Part shown: in pieces, positions 23,810 to 35,929 of the stretch
Position numbering within the stretch: position 1 is the stretch's first letter
Layout of the letters: every line of letters begins with the position of its first letter
NCBI RefSeq assembly: GCF_964213995.1
Contig: NC_135812.1
Coordinates: 76,942,001-77,006,000, forward strand
DNA length: 64,000 nt
From: Mustelus asterias
Taxonomy: Eukaryota
Direction: 5' to 3'
The notes under the pieces: generated by a model
Database searches by the model: none
The model's input: only the letters and a program-made list of their open reading frames with translations
What the model was told of the DNA's origin: nothing
Translations under genes and position numbers: made by a program

Positions 23810-26352
23810 AATGGGGGTCGGTACATAACTCCCTGATGGGAGTAATCAGGATGTGGGGCAGAAAATAATTCAGGAGATAGAAAAGGCATATAAAAAAAGG
23901 CAATATTACAATAATCATGGGGGATTTCAATATGCAGGTGGACTGGGAAAATCAGGTAGTTAGTAGATCCCAAGGAAAGGAATTTGTGGAATGTTTAAGA
24001 GATGGTTTTTTGGAGCAGTTTGTGACAGAGCCTACTAGGGAACAGGCAATCCTGGATTTGGTGATGTGTAATGAGGCAGACTTGATTAGGGAACTTAAGG
24101 TGAAGGAATCCTTAGGGAGCAGTGACCACAATATGATAGAATTTACCCTGCAGTTTGAGAGGGAGAAGCTGGAATCAGATGTAACAGTATTACTAATAAA
24201 TAAAGGTAACGACAAAGACATGAGGGAGGAGCTGGCCAGAGTTGATTGGAAAGGGAGCCTAGTAGGGAAGACAGTGGAACAGCAATGGCAGGAGTATTTG
24301 AGAGTTATTCGGGAGGCACAACAGAAATTCATCCCAAGGAGGAGGAAACATGCTAAGGGGAGGACGAGGCATCCATGGCTGATGAGGGAAGTCAAGGTCA
24401 GCATAAAAGCAAAAGAAAAAGCATACAAAGTGGCAAGGATTAGTGGGAAACCAGAGGATTGGGAAGCCTTTAAAAGTGAGCAGAGGACAACTATAAAAGC
24501 AATAAGGGGGGAGATGATGAAATATGAGTGTAAGCTAGCTAGTAATATAAAAGAAGATAGGAAGAGTTTTTTCAATATATAAAAGGTAAGAGAGGCAAAA
24601 ATAGCCTTTGGACCACTGGAAAATGAAGCTGGAGAAGTAATAATAGGAAACAAAGCAATGGCAGAGGAACTGAATAGTTACTTTGCATCAGTCTTCACGG
24701 TGGAAGACACCAGTGGGATGCCAGAGTTCGAGGAGAGTCAGGGGGCACAGATGAGTGTAGTGGCCATCACTAAAGGAGAAGGTTCTGGGGAAACTGAAAG
24801 GTCTGAAGGTGGATAAATCACCTGGAGCAGATGGAATACACCCCAGAGTTCTAAAAGAGATAGCTGAGGAAATTGTGAAGACATTGTTGGTGATCTTTCA
24901 GGAATCACTGGAGACAGGGAGGGTACCAGAGGACTGAAAAGTAGCTAATTTAAAACAGCTGTTTAAGGGAGGGAGGGAGGCAGCAGACGGGAAATTATAG
25001 GCCGGTTAGCCTGACTTCAGTCATTGGCAAAATTTTAGAGTCCATTATTAAAGATGAGATCGCAGAGGACTTGGAAGTGCATGATAAAATAGGACTGAGT
25101 CAACACGGCTTTGTCAAGGGGAGGTCATGTCTGACAAATCTGTTAACATTCTTTGAGGAGATAACAAGGAAGTTAGATAAAGGAGAACCAGTGGACGTGA
25201 TTTATTTAGATTTCCAAAAGGTCTTTGACAAGGTGTCGCATAGTAGACTGTTAAATAATTTAAGAGCTCATGGTGTTAAGGGTAAGATCCTGGCATTGAT
25301 AGAGGATTGGCTGACTGGCAGAAGGCAGAGAGTAGGGATAAAGGGGTCTTTTTCAGGATGGCAGCCAGTGACTAGTGTTGTGCCTCAGGTGTCGGTGCTG
25401 GGACCACAATATACATTAACGATTTAGAGGAAGGAACTGAAGGCACTGTTGCTAAGTTTACAGATGATACAAAGATATGTAGAGGGACAGGTAGTATTGA
25501 GGAAGCAGGGGGGTTGCAGAGGGACTTGGACAGGTTAGGAGAGTGGGCAAAGAAGTGGCAGATGGAATACAATGTGGAAAAATGTGAGGTTATGCACTTT
25601 GGAAGGAGGAATGGAGGGAGAGACTTTTTTCTAAATGGGAAAATGCTTAGGAAATCAGAAAAACAAAGGGATTTGGGAGTCCTTGTTCAAGATTCTCTTA
25701 AGGTTAACGTGCATGTTCAGTTGGCAGTTAAGAAGGCAAATGCAGTGTTAGCATTCATGTCAAGAGGGCTAGAATACAAGAGCAGGGATGTACTTCTGAG
25801 GCTGTAGAAGGCTCTGGTCAGACCCCATTTGGAGTATTGTGAGCAATTTTGGGCCCCATATCTAAGGAAGGATGTGCTGGCCTTGGAAAGGGTCCAGAGG
25901 AGGTTCACAAGAAGGATCCCTGGAATGAAGAGATTGTCGTACGAGGAACGGTTGAGGACTCTGGGTCTGTACTCATTGGAGTTTAGAAGGATGAGGGGGA
26001 TCTAATTGAAACTTACAGGATACTGCGAGGCCTGGATAGAGTGGACGTAGAGAGAATGTTTCCACTAGTAGGAAAAACTAGAACCAGAGGGCACAACCTC
26101 AGGCTGAAGGGACGATCCTTTAAAATTTCTTCAGCCAGAGAGTGGTGAATCTGTGGAACTCTTTGCCGCGGAAGGCTGTGGAGGCCAGGTCATTGAGTGT
26201 CTTTAAGACAGAGATAGATAGGTTCTTGATTAATAAGGGGGTCAGGGGTTATGGGGAAAAGGCAGGAGAATGGGGATGAGAAAAATATCAGCCATGATTG
26301 AATGGTGGAGCAGACTCGATGGGCTGAGTGGCCTAATTGTGCTCCTATGTTT
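23810..26352 (+). mobile_element. CR1 LINE ORF2 (EN, RT) to 3' tail, decayed
   Basis: MGDFNMQVDW, LGSSDHN, QHGFVKGRSCLTNL, YLDFQKVFDKV, KFTDDTK; tail ctcctatgttttatggtctt. Confidence 0.95.
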
Positions 26353-26570
26353 TATGGTCTTTATAATGGGCACCATTCCCACTAGTGGCATCATACCCGA
26401 TTTTCCAACATTTTCCCGTTGCAAAGCGGGCGCGACGAGATCTTACAATTCTGCCCATTGTGTCTGCGTATAATGATGTATCCATCGGGTTTTCACACAT
26501 AGGTGGATGTGCAGGGTTGATGGGCCAAATGGCCTCCTTCTGCACTGTAGGGATTCTATGATTCTGTGAT

Positions 26571-27029
26571 TGTGGTAACGTGATGCCTTTAAGGGATGAT
26601 CCTTTGCAGGTCACATGATCGGGCTGGACCTTATGGAGCAGCCGCACAGGAAGCCGGGCCAATCAGAAGGAAGGACGTGTGTCCTGGATGAGGAGGACCT
26701 TCAGTTGGAGCCAGGGAGGAGAGAATAGACCTGTCTGTGCAAATGTTGTGTCAGACCATTACCTTGTATATATAAAAGTTTAATAAACCTTTTCTTACTG
26801 GAGCCACATCAAGTTACCTCCAAATTTAACAGGGTTATTTGGAATCACGAGGTTTTGGAGTGCTGCTCCTTCATCAGATGAGACACATCAGACTCACCTA
26901 ATGAAGGAGCAATGTTCCGTAAGCTCGTGATTCCAAATAAACATGTTGGACTTTAACCTGATGTTGTGAGACTTGTTACTGTGCCCACCCCAGTCCAACG
27001 CCGGAATCTCCACCTCCAAATTTAATACA
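26571..27029 (+). mobile_element. Solo LTR (family of the 18846 Gypsy) with a Penelope pLTR inserted near its 3' end
   Basis: TG start, ccaatcag box, tatataaa/aataaa, ends ...aaatttaataca; the first ~70 bp match 18846-18915. Confidence 0.7.
26831..27016. mobile_element. Penelope-like pLTR insertion in inverted arrangement with decayed hammerhead motifs
   Basis: ttatttggaatcacgag...gctccttcatcagatgag followed by ctcacctaatgaaggagc...agctcgtgattccaaataaa; flanked by acctccaaatttaa at 26816 and 27012. Confidence 0.82.
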
Positions 27030-27569
27030 GAGATGAAAACGTGAATGTCCGGAATTCCGCCTCCAGTCTGGGATTGCTCCCATTCTTGTCCTGCTGAAAA
27101 ACAGAATGATTGATTGTCATCCTAATGGTTGTGAGAGCAGTTTAGGCGTATGCCTGCTTATGGCAGCTGCTGAGCACCCCCCCTCCCTCCCCCCAGTAAA
27201 TGATCAGCAAGCAGGTTATCCTGCAACTGATGTGAGATTGAGAGCATGAAGCATGTGTCACATATTCAGTGCAGCGATCCCATCTGCTGGACCCAAACTC
27301 CTTTGTGACATCCCTCTGCACCCATAGACTTAGACTGCCTGATGCCATTGGGAGTGTCACTTCTCTGAGAGAGTTTCTAAGGTTTCTAAGAGTAGACGGT
27401 GTACTTACCCTGGGGAGCACAGCAGATCATTCATCCTCTTCCGACAATGCCAGGCATTTCTGTGCTGGGCCTTATGGGCACTAACTTCTGCAGCAATCGT
27501 TGTCAAGACTGCTGTGGTCACATGGGAAGGCTCCGGTTGCTATCTCAGGGAAGTGGCCAGTCCAGTAAT

Positions 27570-29865
27570 TAGATCATGTTATTGATAGTAAAGGCCTACA
27601 TGAAGTACCTAAAAAGATGGAAGCTATTTTAGAAGAACCATATCCGGAAAATTTGATGCAATTGAGGTCCTTTCTAGGATTAGCAAATTATAATGGCAAA
27701 TTTGTTCTTAACATAGTAATTTATGCAAAGGCTTTAATAATATAGCTGTGTGTGAAACAGTCATGGGACTGGACACTAGAATGTGAGAAAGCACACAAGG
27801 ATGTTAAAGAAGCTTTGCAGAAGTCTGAAGTATTGGTTCATTTTAATCCAAAGCTACCATTACTGCTTGCTTGCAACACCTCACCTTCTGGAGTGAGGGC
27901 AATTGGTTTGGGAGAAGAATGACCAATAGCTTTTACTTTATGTCCTCTGACTAGTAATGAATCGAACCATGCTCAGCTCAGCTAGAAAACAAAGCATGGA
28001 GTATAATATTTAGCATACAAAGGTTTCATCATTATTTACATGGTCGTGATTGCATATCATTGACTGATAATTGACCCTTAACGAATATATTTGGGCCATT
28101 AGAAGACATACATTTGTTAGCTGTTTGCAAAGGTGATCACTGACCTTAACTGCACACTCCTACGAAATAAAGTATCGTCAATCAGAGTGGCATGTTAATG
28201 CTGATGCATTATCACGCTTACCTTTACCTATTGAGCAGATGCCACTGATCAGTCTTGCTAATATTCTTTGTTTTTCACTAGTAGATCATTTGCCTGTAAC
28301 AGCTTCTCAAGTTCAGAGACATACCAGAAATGATGGGGAAGGTGATGGATATGGTACTGAAATGAATGATAACTGAAATGCATTGTATACATCCTGATTC
28401 GCAATGATACGTGTCAAGGAAGCTCGAGTTGACCATCCAAGGTGGATGTCTATTGTGGGGAATCCGAGTGATCATTCCTCTTAGTCTGCATGGAAGAGTT
28501 CTTGCACAACTATCCTGGTATAATCCAGAAGAAGGAATTAGCACCGTTACTTTTGGTCGCCGGGTCTGGATGCTCAGATTAAAGAAAAAGTGGGAGTGTC
28601 AATCATGTGCATGAATAACAAATACACCACCATTGTCTACACCCTTGGGAATTGCCTAAAATACCATGGCAACAATTGTATGTAGATTGTGCTGATGGTT
28701 TTGAGGGTTACATGTTCTTCATCATAATTGATGCACACTCAAAGTGGCCAGAAGTTGTGAGATCTACAACATCTGAACAAACCTTTGAAAAACGACGAAA
28801 TTGTTTGCAAGATTTGGTAAACTAGAATAGACTGTTAGTGATAATAGTTTGCAGTTTACTTCACAAGAGTGAGGATTATCTCAAAGTAAATAGTATTCAG
28901 CATATAAAATCAACCAATGAATTAACTGAAAGATTTGTACAATCCTTGAAACATTCTTTAAAAGTCTCAAGACAGCAATGTTCGTTATCACGTCATGTAG
29001 ATAGCTTTTTGCTCTCTTATAGAAACACTACTCTTGTGGTGAATCTGAGTTCACCTGCATTTAGAGAGACAGTTGAGGACTACATTTGATTTGTCATTAT
29101 CTCCACACACTTCAGAGACAGTAGAGTATGAACAACAATCTCAAGTCGCTAGATGAGAAGTGAGGGCAAAACAACACTCATTCCAATAAGGAGATCAATT
29201 AGCATGTAATTATGCCATAAGTGAGAAATGGATACCAGCCATAGTTTTAGCAAAAACAAGTCCAATTTCTTACATGGTCCAAATCAAAGATGACCGAGTT
29301 TGGTGACGTCATGCTAATTAATTGTTGTCATCTCGAAATGATTCTCAGAATCATCTCCCAACTTCTTCAGTCCCTGGTTTTGTGAATACTACCATGGAAG
29401 ACTTAGTTGAATCTGAGTTGCCTGATGATTGTCTCTTAGCTACTATATCACATGAGAATGATGCCAAATTAAGTCCAAGTGTCTACTAAAGTTCCAAATC
29501 ATACTTCTAGGGTCAAGCATAGCTAAATTCCAGAACATCTTACACTACCAAAGAGGAATAGACGTCCTCCTGATTGACTTTTTTATTAACTGTGTATAAT
29601 GATTAATGGTGCATCGTACTGTGCATAGAGTATTAATGATCCTGCGTATAACATTGTAGCAATTTGTTGTCATGACCACAGAAGTAAAGGGGGAGGGATG
29701 TTATATATTTAAGTGGTTGTTGATTGCATTAAACGCTGATCACATGATTTGATGGTGATGTCATTAGGGTGGTTCACAGGCTTCTGCCTTAGTTTCATTT
29801 TCTGTTCAGAAAACATCTTTCAATAAACCTATTGTGTGTTACTTTGCACGTGTGTGTACAAACAA
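27570..29865 (+). mobile_element. Gypsy pol remnant (RT end, RNase H, integrase), PPT and 3' LTR
   Basis: QLRSFLGLANYNGKFV, LVHFNPKLPLLLACNTSPSGV, NADALSRLPLP, ELTIQGGCLLWGIRVIIP, IIDAHSKWPEV, ERFVQSLK, FLLSYRNT; PPT aaaggggggaggga then tgttatatattt at ~29699. Confidence 0.9.
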
Positions 29866-29879
29866 GTCTTTTTCTTTTT

Positions 29880-30570
29880 GTTTAAAACCCACAAAGGAGA
29901 ACATGCCTCTGCCTACATCAACGGGGACAAAGTAGAAAGGGTCAAGAACTTCAAGTTTTTAGGTGTCCAGATCACCAACAATCTGTCCTGGTCCCCCCCA
30001 TGCCGACACTATAGTTAAGAAAGCTCACCAACGCCTCTACTTTCTCAAAAGACTAAGGAAATTTGGCATGTCAGCTATGACTCTCATCAACATTTACAGA
30101 TGCACCATAGAAAGCATTCTTTCTGGTTGTATCACAGCTTGGTATGGCTCCTGCTCTGCCCAAGACCTCAAGGAACTACAAAAGGTCATGAATGTAGCCC
30201 AATCCATCACGCAAACCAGCCTCCCACTCTGTCAATGCTTCCTGCTTCCTCAGCAAAGCAGCCAGCATAATTAAGGACCCCACACACCCTGGACATTCTT
30301 CCACCTTCTTCCATCGGGAAAAAGATACAAAAGTCTGTGGTCACGTACCAACCGACTCAAGAACAGTTTCTTCCCTGCTGCTGTCAGACTTTTGAATGGA
30401 TTTACCTTGCATTAAGTTAATCTTTCTCTACAACCTAGCTATGACTGTAACACTACATCCTGCACTTTCTCGTTTCCTTCTCTATGAACGGTATGCTTTG
30501 TCTGTATAGTGTGCAAGAAACAATACTTTTCACTGTATATTAATACATGTGACAATAATAAAATCAAAAA
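29880..30570 (+). mobile_element. Rex1/Babar-type LINE 3' portion
   Basis: INGDKVERVKNFKFLGVQITNNLSW..HADTIVKKAHQRLYFLKRLRKFG...IESILSGCITAWYG; tail gacaataataaaatcaaaa. Confidence 0.88.
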
Positions 30571-30669
30571 CAACCCCTAACATAGTTAGGACATTACAGC
30601 CTCCAACATGGAGGCACCATTGGGCCTAAGTTTTCGATGAGATACATGGATCCTCAATGGATGAAGTTC

Positions 30670-30808
30670 AAACGTCCACCTCCCCGTTTCCAATGGCCCT
30701 ATCCCAGCCCATGCCTGTCAACTGCTCATTTCTCAAAATCCATGAGTTATTTCAAGTGAGATCGACGCTCTCCAGTCTTCTCTCTCGGCGATTATGACCT
30801 AACTTCTC
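30670..30808 (-). pseudogene. Isolated Harbinger Myb-gene exon 2 remnant
   Basis: Acceptor ttctctttttgcag|EKLGHNRRER is homologous to EKNACNRRER at 21288. Confidence 0.6.
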
Positions 30809-31164
30809 CTGCAAAAAGAGAACAGAGAAGATGAAGTTGAAAAGCATTGTATTTAGCATCCAATTGGACATTGCAATTTCACATATCCTTCTGATGCTTC
30901 CAGTCTTACACGTAACCCAATGGATTGTGTGGCAATTGATTGGTGCAGTGCAGGTTGTGTAAAAGGGTTTTGGTATAATGCCCTTCAGAGTAGTGAGCCC
31001 ACCCAGATATAAGGAGAAGGTGCAGTGTGACATGTCAGTTGCAGCGCTAGCAGATACCTTTAATGTTCGAGTCACTGCCCCAAACCACAACACCTCTTCT
31101 TCCAGACAGCATGTGATCTCTGTGTGAAGAATGAGTGAGCCAGAGTAGCAGTAGTGAGTACTAT

Positions 31165-31500
31165 CTACAAGATTCACTGCAGGAACTCACGAAGGCTCCT
31201 TAGACAAACCCACAACCACTACCATCTAGAAGGACAAGGGCAGCAGATGCCTAGAAACACCACCACCTGGAAATTCTTCTCCAAATCACTCACCATCCTG
31301 ACTTGGAAATATATCGCCATTCCTTCACCATCACTGGGTCAAAATCCTGGAATTTCTTCCCTAACAATATTATGGGTATTCCTAAAACACGTGGACCTCA
31401 GCAGTTTAAGAAGGTAGCTCACCACTAGCTTCTCAACAGCAACTAGGGATGGGCAATAAATGCTGATCTAGACAGCGATGCCCACATCCCGTAACTTAAT
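31165..31500 (+). mobile_element. LINE 3' end (same family as 11165)
   Basis: caccatcctgacttggaaatatatcgcc...gcaactagggatgggcaataaatgctg...gcccacatccc. Confidence 0.8.
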
Positions 31501-31512
31501 TTTTAAAAAATC

Positions 31513-31770
31513 ATGTCAACAACAGCAATAACACAAATGAAAGCAATAACTAAATCAGCAATGACAGCAACAACACCAATAACATTAATAGCAGCAACAT
31601 CCCCAATAGCACTGACTACAGCAAGAACACCGACACCAAACACACCAACAGCAGAGTCACCAACAGTAACGCCAAGAACGACAATATCACCAACAGCAGT
31701 AACATTTAGACCAACTATACCACCAACAATAACAAGCACACCAACAGAAATCAACTATCAACGTTTTGGC
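31513..31770 (+). repeat. Degenerate (ACA/CCA/GCA)n triplet tract reading as a Thr/Pro/Ala-rich ORF
   Basis: 88-aa ORF MSTTAITQ...TPTAESPTVTPRTTISPTAVTFRPTIPPT with nearly all codons NNA; no good splice donor. Confidence 0.55.
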
Positions 31771-32531
31771 TTGATATGATGTTCCTTTCAGTACTGGAAT
31801 TGAGATTGTCACCATTATGTCGACATTAAGCCATCTGCCATTAATTGGTTGGGAAACGCAGAAGCTGGGTGTTAATGAAGTGGCTGCGTTAAAGGACAGA
31901 AACACTGCATAGTTTTGGGCCTTAACCGCTCTTCATAAGCTCACAGGAAATAGGAAGCTGCTGGTGGCTTGTTTAAGGGCTGCTTCCCACCCAGGCTCAA
32001 CTTTGAGTCAGAAAGAGCTCAGGGCAAGGAAGGGCTAAATGACCTACTGCAGCTCCTATACTCTATGTTTCTATGAAGGAAGTCTGGAAGATTACATCGC
32101 TCGGCCCTGGAGCATGATGGTGTTGACACCCGCCTCAAAGGCCCACTTTTCATATTGGATGCCCTGACACCACAAAAGTCTGTCACCCTCGGATGCTTCC
32201 TTCTCCCTCCCCATGTCTCTCCATAAAGAACCCCCCCCCCCTCCACCTGACTGGGAGATTCCAGTATTTAGAATCAGGGGACTGACTGTGGTCCCAGCCA
32301 TGGTCACTGCTGGCACTACCAGAGCTGCCTCACAGTGTTCATTGACTGTGGGGCTGCCACCAATGGCAGTGATCTGTTCCCCACTGACTCTTTGGGTGGC
32401 TGGGCAAGAAGCACCACTCTCTCAAATGTCCTGCACTTGATGACAAATTAACAGTGCGATAATTTTGAGGGGTGGAGGCAGTAAAAGATGAAAATAAAGT
32501 TGTATTAAATGTGAGAGACATCAACCTTTAC

Positions 32532-33045
32532 CGGATATACTGGCACTTGAGGGGGTGCAGAGGAGATTCACTAGGTTGATTCCGGAGTTGAGAGGGTTGG
32601 CTTATGAGGAGAGACTGAATAGACTGGGACTAATTGGAATTCAGAAGAATGAGGGGAGATCTTATAGAAACATATAAGATTATGAAGGGAATAGAAAAGA
32701 TAGAAGCAGGGAAGTTGTTTCCACTGGCAGGCAAAACTAGAACTAGGGGGCATGGCCTCAAAATAAGGGGGAGCAGATTTAGGACTGAGTTGAGAAGGAA
32801 CTTCATCACACAAAGGATTGTGAATCTGTGGAACTCCTTGCCCAGTGAAGCAGTTGAGGCTACCTCATTGAATGTTTTTAAGACAGGGATAGATACATTT
32901 TTGAACAGTACAGGAATTAAGGGTTATGGTGAGCGGGTGGGTAAGTGGAGCTGAATCCACGAAAAGATCAGGCATGATCTTATTGAATGGCGGAGCAGGC
33001 TCAAGGGGCCAGATGGCCTACTCCTTCTCCTAGTTATCTTCTTAT
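32532..33045 (+). mobile_element. CR1 LINE 3' fragment
   Basis: [18 protein letters not shown]...TRGHGLKIRG...QRIVNLWNSLP; 3' UTR to ttcttatg. Confidence 0.92.
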
Positions 33046-33347
33046 GGAATTGCAACCATTGCTCAGAAATGGGCAAACAAGTTACTCCCTTATATCCAAC
33101 GGCTGAGACAATTATTAACAATAAATACCGCTCTTGTAACTCTCTCCATGAACAAGTTAAAAACAAATTATTACCCAGGAAATAACTTGAGAACTTTCTC
33201 CTTGTTTTCATCCTTATGGTGTCACTGACCTATTTCTGTTTTGTTTTTAAATAGTTCATTTGGGTCTCTCTCTCTCTGTACATCTGGAGACAGCAGTTTT
33301 CCATTCCCTTTGAAGAATCCTGGCAGAATTCACAGCTTAGCATCAGG

Positions 33348-33543
33348 GATATAAATCAATGCATTCAGCAGGAGCGTCCCAGCGCTTTCTGGGCAGGGGA
33401 TTTTTGGGCAGGGCTGATCGGTCAAGGAGAGAGAGAGAGCAGACAAACCAGTCTGTCGTTTCCAGCTGTACTTTCCACCCTGTTGAACACACAGCGAGGT
33501 TACAGAATGGAAAGATGAAGCTAAAGCTCCTTGCGACCTGGGG
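33348..33543 (+). promoter_or_regulatory. Putative TATA box and first (5' UTR) exon of the novel secreted-protein gene
   Basis: gatataaat at ~33348 in non-repeat sequence; strong donor gg|gtaagt at 33544; candidate acceptor cacctttgccag| at 33960 upstream of the ATG. Confidence 0.45.
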
Positions 33544-34111
33544 GTAAGTGCACTGCCAGGCATGGCACTAACCCGCACTCAACAGCAGCGGGTTACTGGT
33601 AGCAGCGGAGAAATCAGGAAGTGGTTTAATCACACAAAGGATAGTGGAAATCTGCAGCTAGCCTCCTATCCCTACAAGGGTTGAGGACACTGGAGGTCAG
33701 TTGAGTATTTAAGGAATTAAATTTCTAGGGGTGAACTTTGGTGAAAAGACGGATAAATGGAGCCGAAGGGCAGATTAGCTACAATTGTCTTAAATGGCAG
33801 AGGAAGTTCGAGGAGAGGTTACTTTGTTTAAATTCTAGCATTGGGATTATGCTACTGAAAGGGTTAAGCTCCACTATCAGGTCGAATGGCTTTCACATCT
33901 GTGAAATGGGCCATGAGCTAGGGTGATATATTGCTGTTTACTCAGTATCACCTTTGCCAGGAGATTCCAAACATACCGCCAACTTTGTCCGCGTCAGCCC
34001 TATGAGGGCTGTAAAAGTCGCTCATAAACGTTTTCCCACCTCCAAGGCCGCAAATTCATAGCAGCTTTGACAGATGAGCAATCGCAGTGACGTTTACGAG
34101 ACTTCGTAAGA

Positions 34112-34364
34112 ATGGCTCAGGCCTATCTTTGGGGGTTAGTCAGTATCTGGTTTCTTTCCACTTGCTTCAGTACACATGACATCAGCGTAGCACCGTTGGA
34201 ATCGCCTCCCTGCCTTATCCAGAATGAAGTACGCAGATTATCGGAGGGTCCCAAACGGCTTCCTCCATCAAACGAGTGCATGTTGAACTGCACTGTGCTG
34301 ACTTACATGAAGATCCTCCGACAGCAGAAGAGAATGACCGTTCGTTTGCATAACTCAGTGACAG
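34112..34364 (+). CDS. First coding exon of a putative secreted protein (signal peptide plus N-terminal region), phase-1 donor
   Basis: In-frame TGA at 34088; Kozak agaATGG; hydrophobic MAQAYLWGLVSIWFLSTCFS; CpG-retaining unique sequence; donor acag|gtaaac after 84 codons plus 1 nt, just before a CA repeat. Confidence 0.68.
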
Positions 34365-34382
34365 GTAAACAGGGGGAAGGGC

Positions 34383-34850
34383 ACAGCCACACACACACAG
34401 CCACACACACACACAGCACATACAAAGACACACGCGCACACAGCCATACGCACACAGCACATATGACACATGCACACACAGCCACACGCACACAGACAAT
34501 TAAACACACACACACAAACACAGACACACAAAGACACAGACACAGATGCACACATACAAAATCACATCCCCTGGGGGAGACAGACAAAAATGCACATAGC
34601 CAAACATACATTAACAGACACACACATGGACACATACACAACCCCAGAGAAACACAAACACTAACACATCCAGAGACACAAAGACACACGCACAGCCAGT
34701 CACATTCACGCATGCAGACACCCAGCCACGCACACAGACACCCAGCCCCACACACAGACACCCAGCCACACACACAGACACCCAGCCACACACACAGACA
34801 CCCAGCCACACACACAGACACCCAGCCACACACACAGACAAACACAGCTA
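34383..34850. repeat. CA-rich compound microsatellite, ending in ~20-bp units cccagccacacacacagaca
   Basis: Direct inspection. Confidence 0.9.
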
Positions 34851-34949
34851 CAAAGCTCTGAACTCGTTGCCTACGAGGGTGGTGAAAGCAGAGATGACGA
34901 ATAATCTCAAAAAGAATTTGGGTATGCATCTGATCATAAAGCTGCAGGC

Positions 34950-35082
34950 CTATGCGGATGGAGATAGGGAATTGGACTATGGGGATGGAGACAGGGGATT
35001 GGACTATGGGGATGGAGACAGGGGATTGGACTATGCGGATGGAGATAGGGAATTGGACTATGGGGATGGAGACAGGGAATGG
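34950..35082. repeat. 27-bp tandem repeat, ~5 copies
   Basis: ctatg(g/c)ggatggaga(c/t)aggg(g/a)attgga, within a CR1-like 3' UTR remnant. Confidence 0.9.
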
Positions 35083-35425
35083 ACAGACGTGATAGCTCTG
35101 CAGTGAGTCTCGATGGGGCCACTAGCCCAGAGGCAGGATTTTCACAGTGGGCCATCAGGATGGCATGTGGTTTTAAATCTTTGCTTACCTTTCCAAAGGC
35201 GTCTCCATGTTTGAGGTGCTCCATTGTTCACTGGCCTGCCTCTTCAGCGCTTGCCTCTCCTGATGGTGCAGCCGAGGTTTCAGAGACGCTCTGACTGAGC
35301 CACAGGATCTGCACTCTGCCCATGCAATTTGACAGGAAGCCCAGAGACAGTCAATGAGGAAGCCACCTCGACTAAAATCAGCGAGACAGCCTTCCCCTTT
35401 GATGCACTATCAAGTCAAGACTAGT

Positions 35426-35643
35426 TGTGAGCAAGACAAATAGGCTTTTATTAGCAAGAACTTGGAGCCATCCCTGTCAGAGATCTGGTCCGTACTAAAG
35501 GCAAGAGGGAGGAGCCACCGCCTTTATACCCGGACCAGGGGGAGGGGTCTTGGGCGGAACCGACAGGGATGTGCCACATATACAGGTAATAATAAATACT
35601 AACGAACAGTGGTTAACCACAACAGATAACAGTGGTTTACCAC
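35426..35643 (-). mobile_element. Small solo LTR
   Basis: TG...CA ends (tgtgag...taccaca); on the minus strand a TATA (gtataaag) precedes AATAAA. Confidence 0.6.
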
Positions 35644-35929
35644 ACCCATGGCGAGCACATTTTCAACACACGCATTTCATCCTGAAGAAAAAGTCCTAAA
35701 GCCTGCACTAAAATCCTGCCGACAAGCAAAAAGACATCCACGCAGATACATACACCACCAGGCACATGACATGCACACACAAATAAACAGGCACATATAC
35801 ACACACACACAAACAGGGATACACAGACAAATCCAGACAGACACACATAGACACATGTAAATAATAAGTAGGTAGTAAGAGCTTGATGTGGGGTGTGTTT
35901 GAGGCAATTTCATCTTTAGGGGTACAAGA

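Noticed and set aside
23952-24653. 233-aa hydrophobic minus-strand ORF and similar antisense ORFs
   Set aside because: These are antisense shadows of CR1 ORF2.
34112-34861. 249-aa single-exon ORF with a His/Thr-rich tail
   Set aside because: After the donor at 34365 the frame simply reads through a CA microsatellite; only the first 84 codons are credible.
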